From Nitrosopumilus zosterae (GTDB lineage Archaea > Thermoproteota > Nitrososphaeria > Nitrososphaerales > Nitrosopumilaceae): DNA of 32,000 bases. The stretch lies in contig NZ_AP026695.1 of NCBI RefSeq assembly GCF_025998175.1, forward strand, positions 962,760-994,759, in the 5' to 3' direction. Both the position numbers and the translations under genes were made by a program. The notes beneath the pieces are model-generated. The model saw nothing but the letters and a program-made list of their open reading frames with translations. It did no database searches and was not told where the DNA came from. Positions 30,001-32,000 of the stretch are shown in pieces; within the stretch, counting starts at the first letter, position 1; every line of letters starts with the position of its first letter.

Positions 30001-32000
30001 TTACTCTTTGTCGATAAACTCGTTAACACCTGGTGGGTCTGGTGCCAGTCCCTTTCTCTTTCTAATTTCAGCAACGGCAGGTCCTAGCATTGATTTTGGA
30101 ACTTCGGTCCACTCTTTAAACGAAGTATTCCAAGTTGCACGTCCTGCTGTTTGACCCCTCATCTCTTCAGATAAAGTGAAGGTTTCAGAAGCTGGAATCT
30201 CACCTGTGATAATGCTTGAAGCGCCTTTTTGAGACATGTCCAATACTTTGCCTCTCTTTCCAGAAAGGACAGTTGCCACGTTTCCAACCAAATCAGTAGG
30301 AACACGAACTTCGATAGCCAGAGTTGGTTCTAAAACTGCAGTTCCAGCAGTAAGTAAAGCACCCATGCATGCTCTTCTGGAAGCAGGACCCAATTGAGAA
30401 AGTCCTCTGTGTGCAGTGTCTTCGTGAGGTACAAAGTGGGTGAAGATAAACTTGCAATTCCTCATCTGTTCTTTACAGAGAGGTCCTTCCTTCATCACTT
30501 CTTCAAATCCGGAATTAATAGAATCGGTTGATTCCTGTACAAATTGCACACCTTTGGTTCCGTTAATCAAAACATTTCCACGTGAATCAAATTTCATCAC
30601 TCTCTTGATTGTGTCAGTATCCCATCCAGCTTTCTTTAGAAGCTCTGCTACAACCTTTTTATCTTTCATATCACTGATTTCTCCAGTTCTTAGCATGTGT
30701 GCAATTTCAGGTTCTAGGGGTTCTACTTTCATGAAAATCTTGTTGTGTCTGTTTGGAGATTTTGCCATGATTGGTTCGCATGTTCCCTTTACTGTTTCTC
30801 TATAGTTAATCAAAGGTTCAGATGTGACAATTTCACATTTTGCGTCTTGAATTCTGTGTGTTGCCACATCAAGATGTAAAACTCCCATTCCCGCAACAAT
30901 TGTCTCACCGCTTTCTTCATCAATTTTTACAATCAGGTTTGGATCCTCGATTGTTAGTTGTTTGAGAATTTCAACAAGTTTAGGTAAATCTTTAGGATGC
31001 TTTGGCTCTATTGCGATTTGAACAACAGGTTCTGAAACATAGTGAACGCCTTCAAACATAGGAATGTCTTTAATTGAAGATAGTGTGTTTCCGGCTCTAG
31101 CTTCAGTTAAGCCAAGTAATGCAGGGATGTTTCCAGCACCAAGTTCGCCTACTTGTTCTCTTTGGTTTCCCATAAAGAAGTTAACAGATTGAATACGTCC
31201 CTCTCTCTTTGAATCAATAATGTTAATTGTTTGTCCGTCTTTGATTTTGCCAGAAAACAATCTTCCTATTGCCACAGGTCCTGCAGCAGGATCTAAAACC
31301 ATATTCACAATCATCATGATTGTGGGGCCATCATCACTGCATGCAAGCAATGCTTTGCCAACGTCGGATTCCAAATCACCTTTCCAAATTTGTGGAATTC
31401 TGTACTTTACTGCCTCATGTGGGGCAGGATGATGTTTTACAACCATTCCAAGAACTGCATCAGCCAGTGGTGCTTTTTCTACTAGTTCTTCCACTTTTTC
31501 GTTCTGATATGCATCGATTACATCCTTAAATGAAATTCCCTTTTCTTTCATCAAATCAAGATTGATTGCCCATCTATCCTTTGCAGAACCAAAGGTCACA
31601 CTGGCGTCCTGGATTGATACTTTCCATTTTTCCTTGTATTCAGGTTCGGCATATGTGTCAATTAATTGGTTAAAGTTTGATACGACATCTGCCAATTGCT
31701 GTTGCATTTTTTCTGGTGTTAATCTTAGTTCTTTGATGAGTCTATCAACTTTATTGATAAACAAAACGGGTTTTACACGCTCTTCTAGGGCCATTCTAGT
31801 TACAGTTTCAGTTTGAGTCATGATACCTTCTACAGCATCACACACTACAACTGCACCGTCAATTGCTCTGAGGCTTCGAATCACCCTTCCACTAAAGTCG
31901 ACGTGGCCGGGTGTATCAATCATGTTTATGACGTATTCTTTATTGTTTTTTGTAAAGTGTAAAGTAACGTTTGCCTGATAAATTGTAATTCCTCTTGCTT
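30001..32000 (-). CDS. fusA: translation elongation factor aEF-2, with the 5' end beyond the window
   Basis: Shows DTPGHVDF (G3), NKVDR (G4) and HEDTAHRG (diphthamide His region). The frame stays open to position 32000, so the N-terminal roughly 65-70 aa are outside the window. Confidence 0.95.
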   Translation of the reverse strand, partial: ARGITIYQANVTLHFTKNNKEYVINMIDTPGHVDFSGRVIRSLRAIDGAVVVCDAVEGIMTQTETVTRMALEERVKPVLFINKVDRLIKELRLTPEKMQQQLADVVSNFNQLIDTYAEPEYKEKWKVSIQDASVTFGSAKDRWAINLDLMKEKGISFKDVIDAYQNEKVEELVEKAPLADAVLGMVVKHHPAPHEAVKYRIPQIWKGDLESDVGKALLACSDDGPTIMMIVNMVLDPAAGPVAIGRLFSGKIKDGQTINIIDSKREGRIQSVNFFMGNQREQVGELGAGNIPALLGLTEARAGNTLSSIKDIPMFEGVHYVSEPVVQIAIEPKHPKDLPKLVEILKQLTIEDPNLIVKIDEESGETIVAGMGVLHLDVATHRIQDAKCEIVTSEPLINYRETVKGTCEPIMAKSPNRHNKIFMKVEPLEPEIAHMLRTGEISDMKDKKVVAELLKKAGWDTDTIKRVMKFDSRGNVLINGTKGVQFVQESTDSINSGFEEVMKEGPLCKEQMRNCKFIFTHFVPHEDTAHRGLSQLGPASRRACMGALLTAGTAVLEPTLAIEVRVPTDLVGNVATVLSGKRGKVLDMSQKGASSIITGEIPASETFTLSEEMRGQTAGRATWNTSFKEWTEVPKSMLGPAVAEIRKRKGLAPDPPGVNEFIDKE

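Noticed and set aside
30440-31816. Four plus-strand track ORFs inside the aEF-2 gene
   Set aside because: They are antisense shadow frames of a highly conserved CDS.

Overview
This is an AT-rich archaeal chromosome segment. Gene content and style (PurP-type purine pathway, aEF-2, TatAC, TATA boxes about 25 nt upstream of start codons, many 4-8 nt gene overlaps) fit an ammonia-oxidising thaumarchaeon of the Nitrosopumilus type; that assignment is inference from memory, since no search was run. Positions 1-14.8 kb hold conserved housekeeping genes: purC, a tightly coupled purQ-purL-purF block ending in a small stand-alone Lrp/AsnC ligand-binding (RAM) protein, purS, tatC-tatA, an SRPBCC protein, ubiX and purP. 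This part also holds an ArsR-type regulator operon and a striking Lys/Ala/Arg-only repeat protein. The right edge (30.0-32.0 kb) is a 5'-truncated aEF-2 gene. Between them (about 14.8-29.9 kb) lie about 25 mostly short, lineage-specific ORFs. Only a few have recognisable domains: a DUF151/BFN nuclease, a CBS-TrkH fusion, two 191-aa wHTH proteins, a DUF5615/PIN-like protein, an O-methyltransferase, and a pentapeptide-like repeat membrane protein. I recognised no rRNA, tRNA, CRISPR array, transposase or integrase. No complete, recognisable novel multi-gene system (for example a defence system) can be supported from sequence alone. The items most worth follow-up are: (1) a repeat-protein gene split exactly at an A AAA AAA heptamer followed by a stop, which is either a candidate -1 frameshift site or a pseudogene; (2) a 532-aa coiled-coil protein carrying 8 perfect 27-nt in-frame repeats; (3) the histone-H1-like basic repeat protein; (4) a roughly 110-nt G+C-rich structured island in a 620-nt ORF-free gap, a candidate ncRNA; (5) a perfect 12-2-12 palindrome nested in a 10-bp inverted repeat upstream of the ArsR-type gene; (6) C6/G7-armed inverted repeats in the ORF-poor first kilobase. 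All protein calls rest on motif recognition by eye and need HMM/BLAST confirmation.
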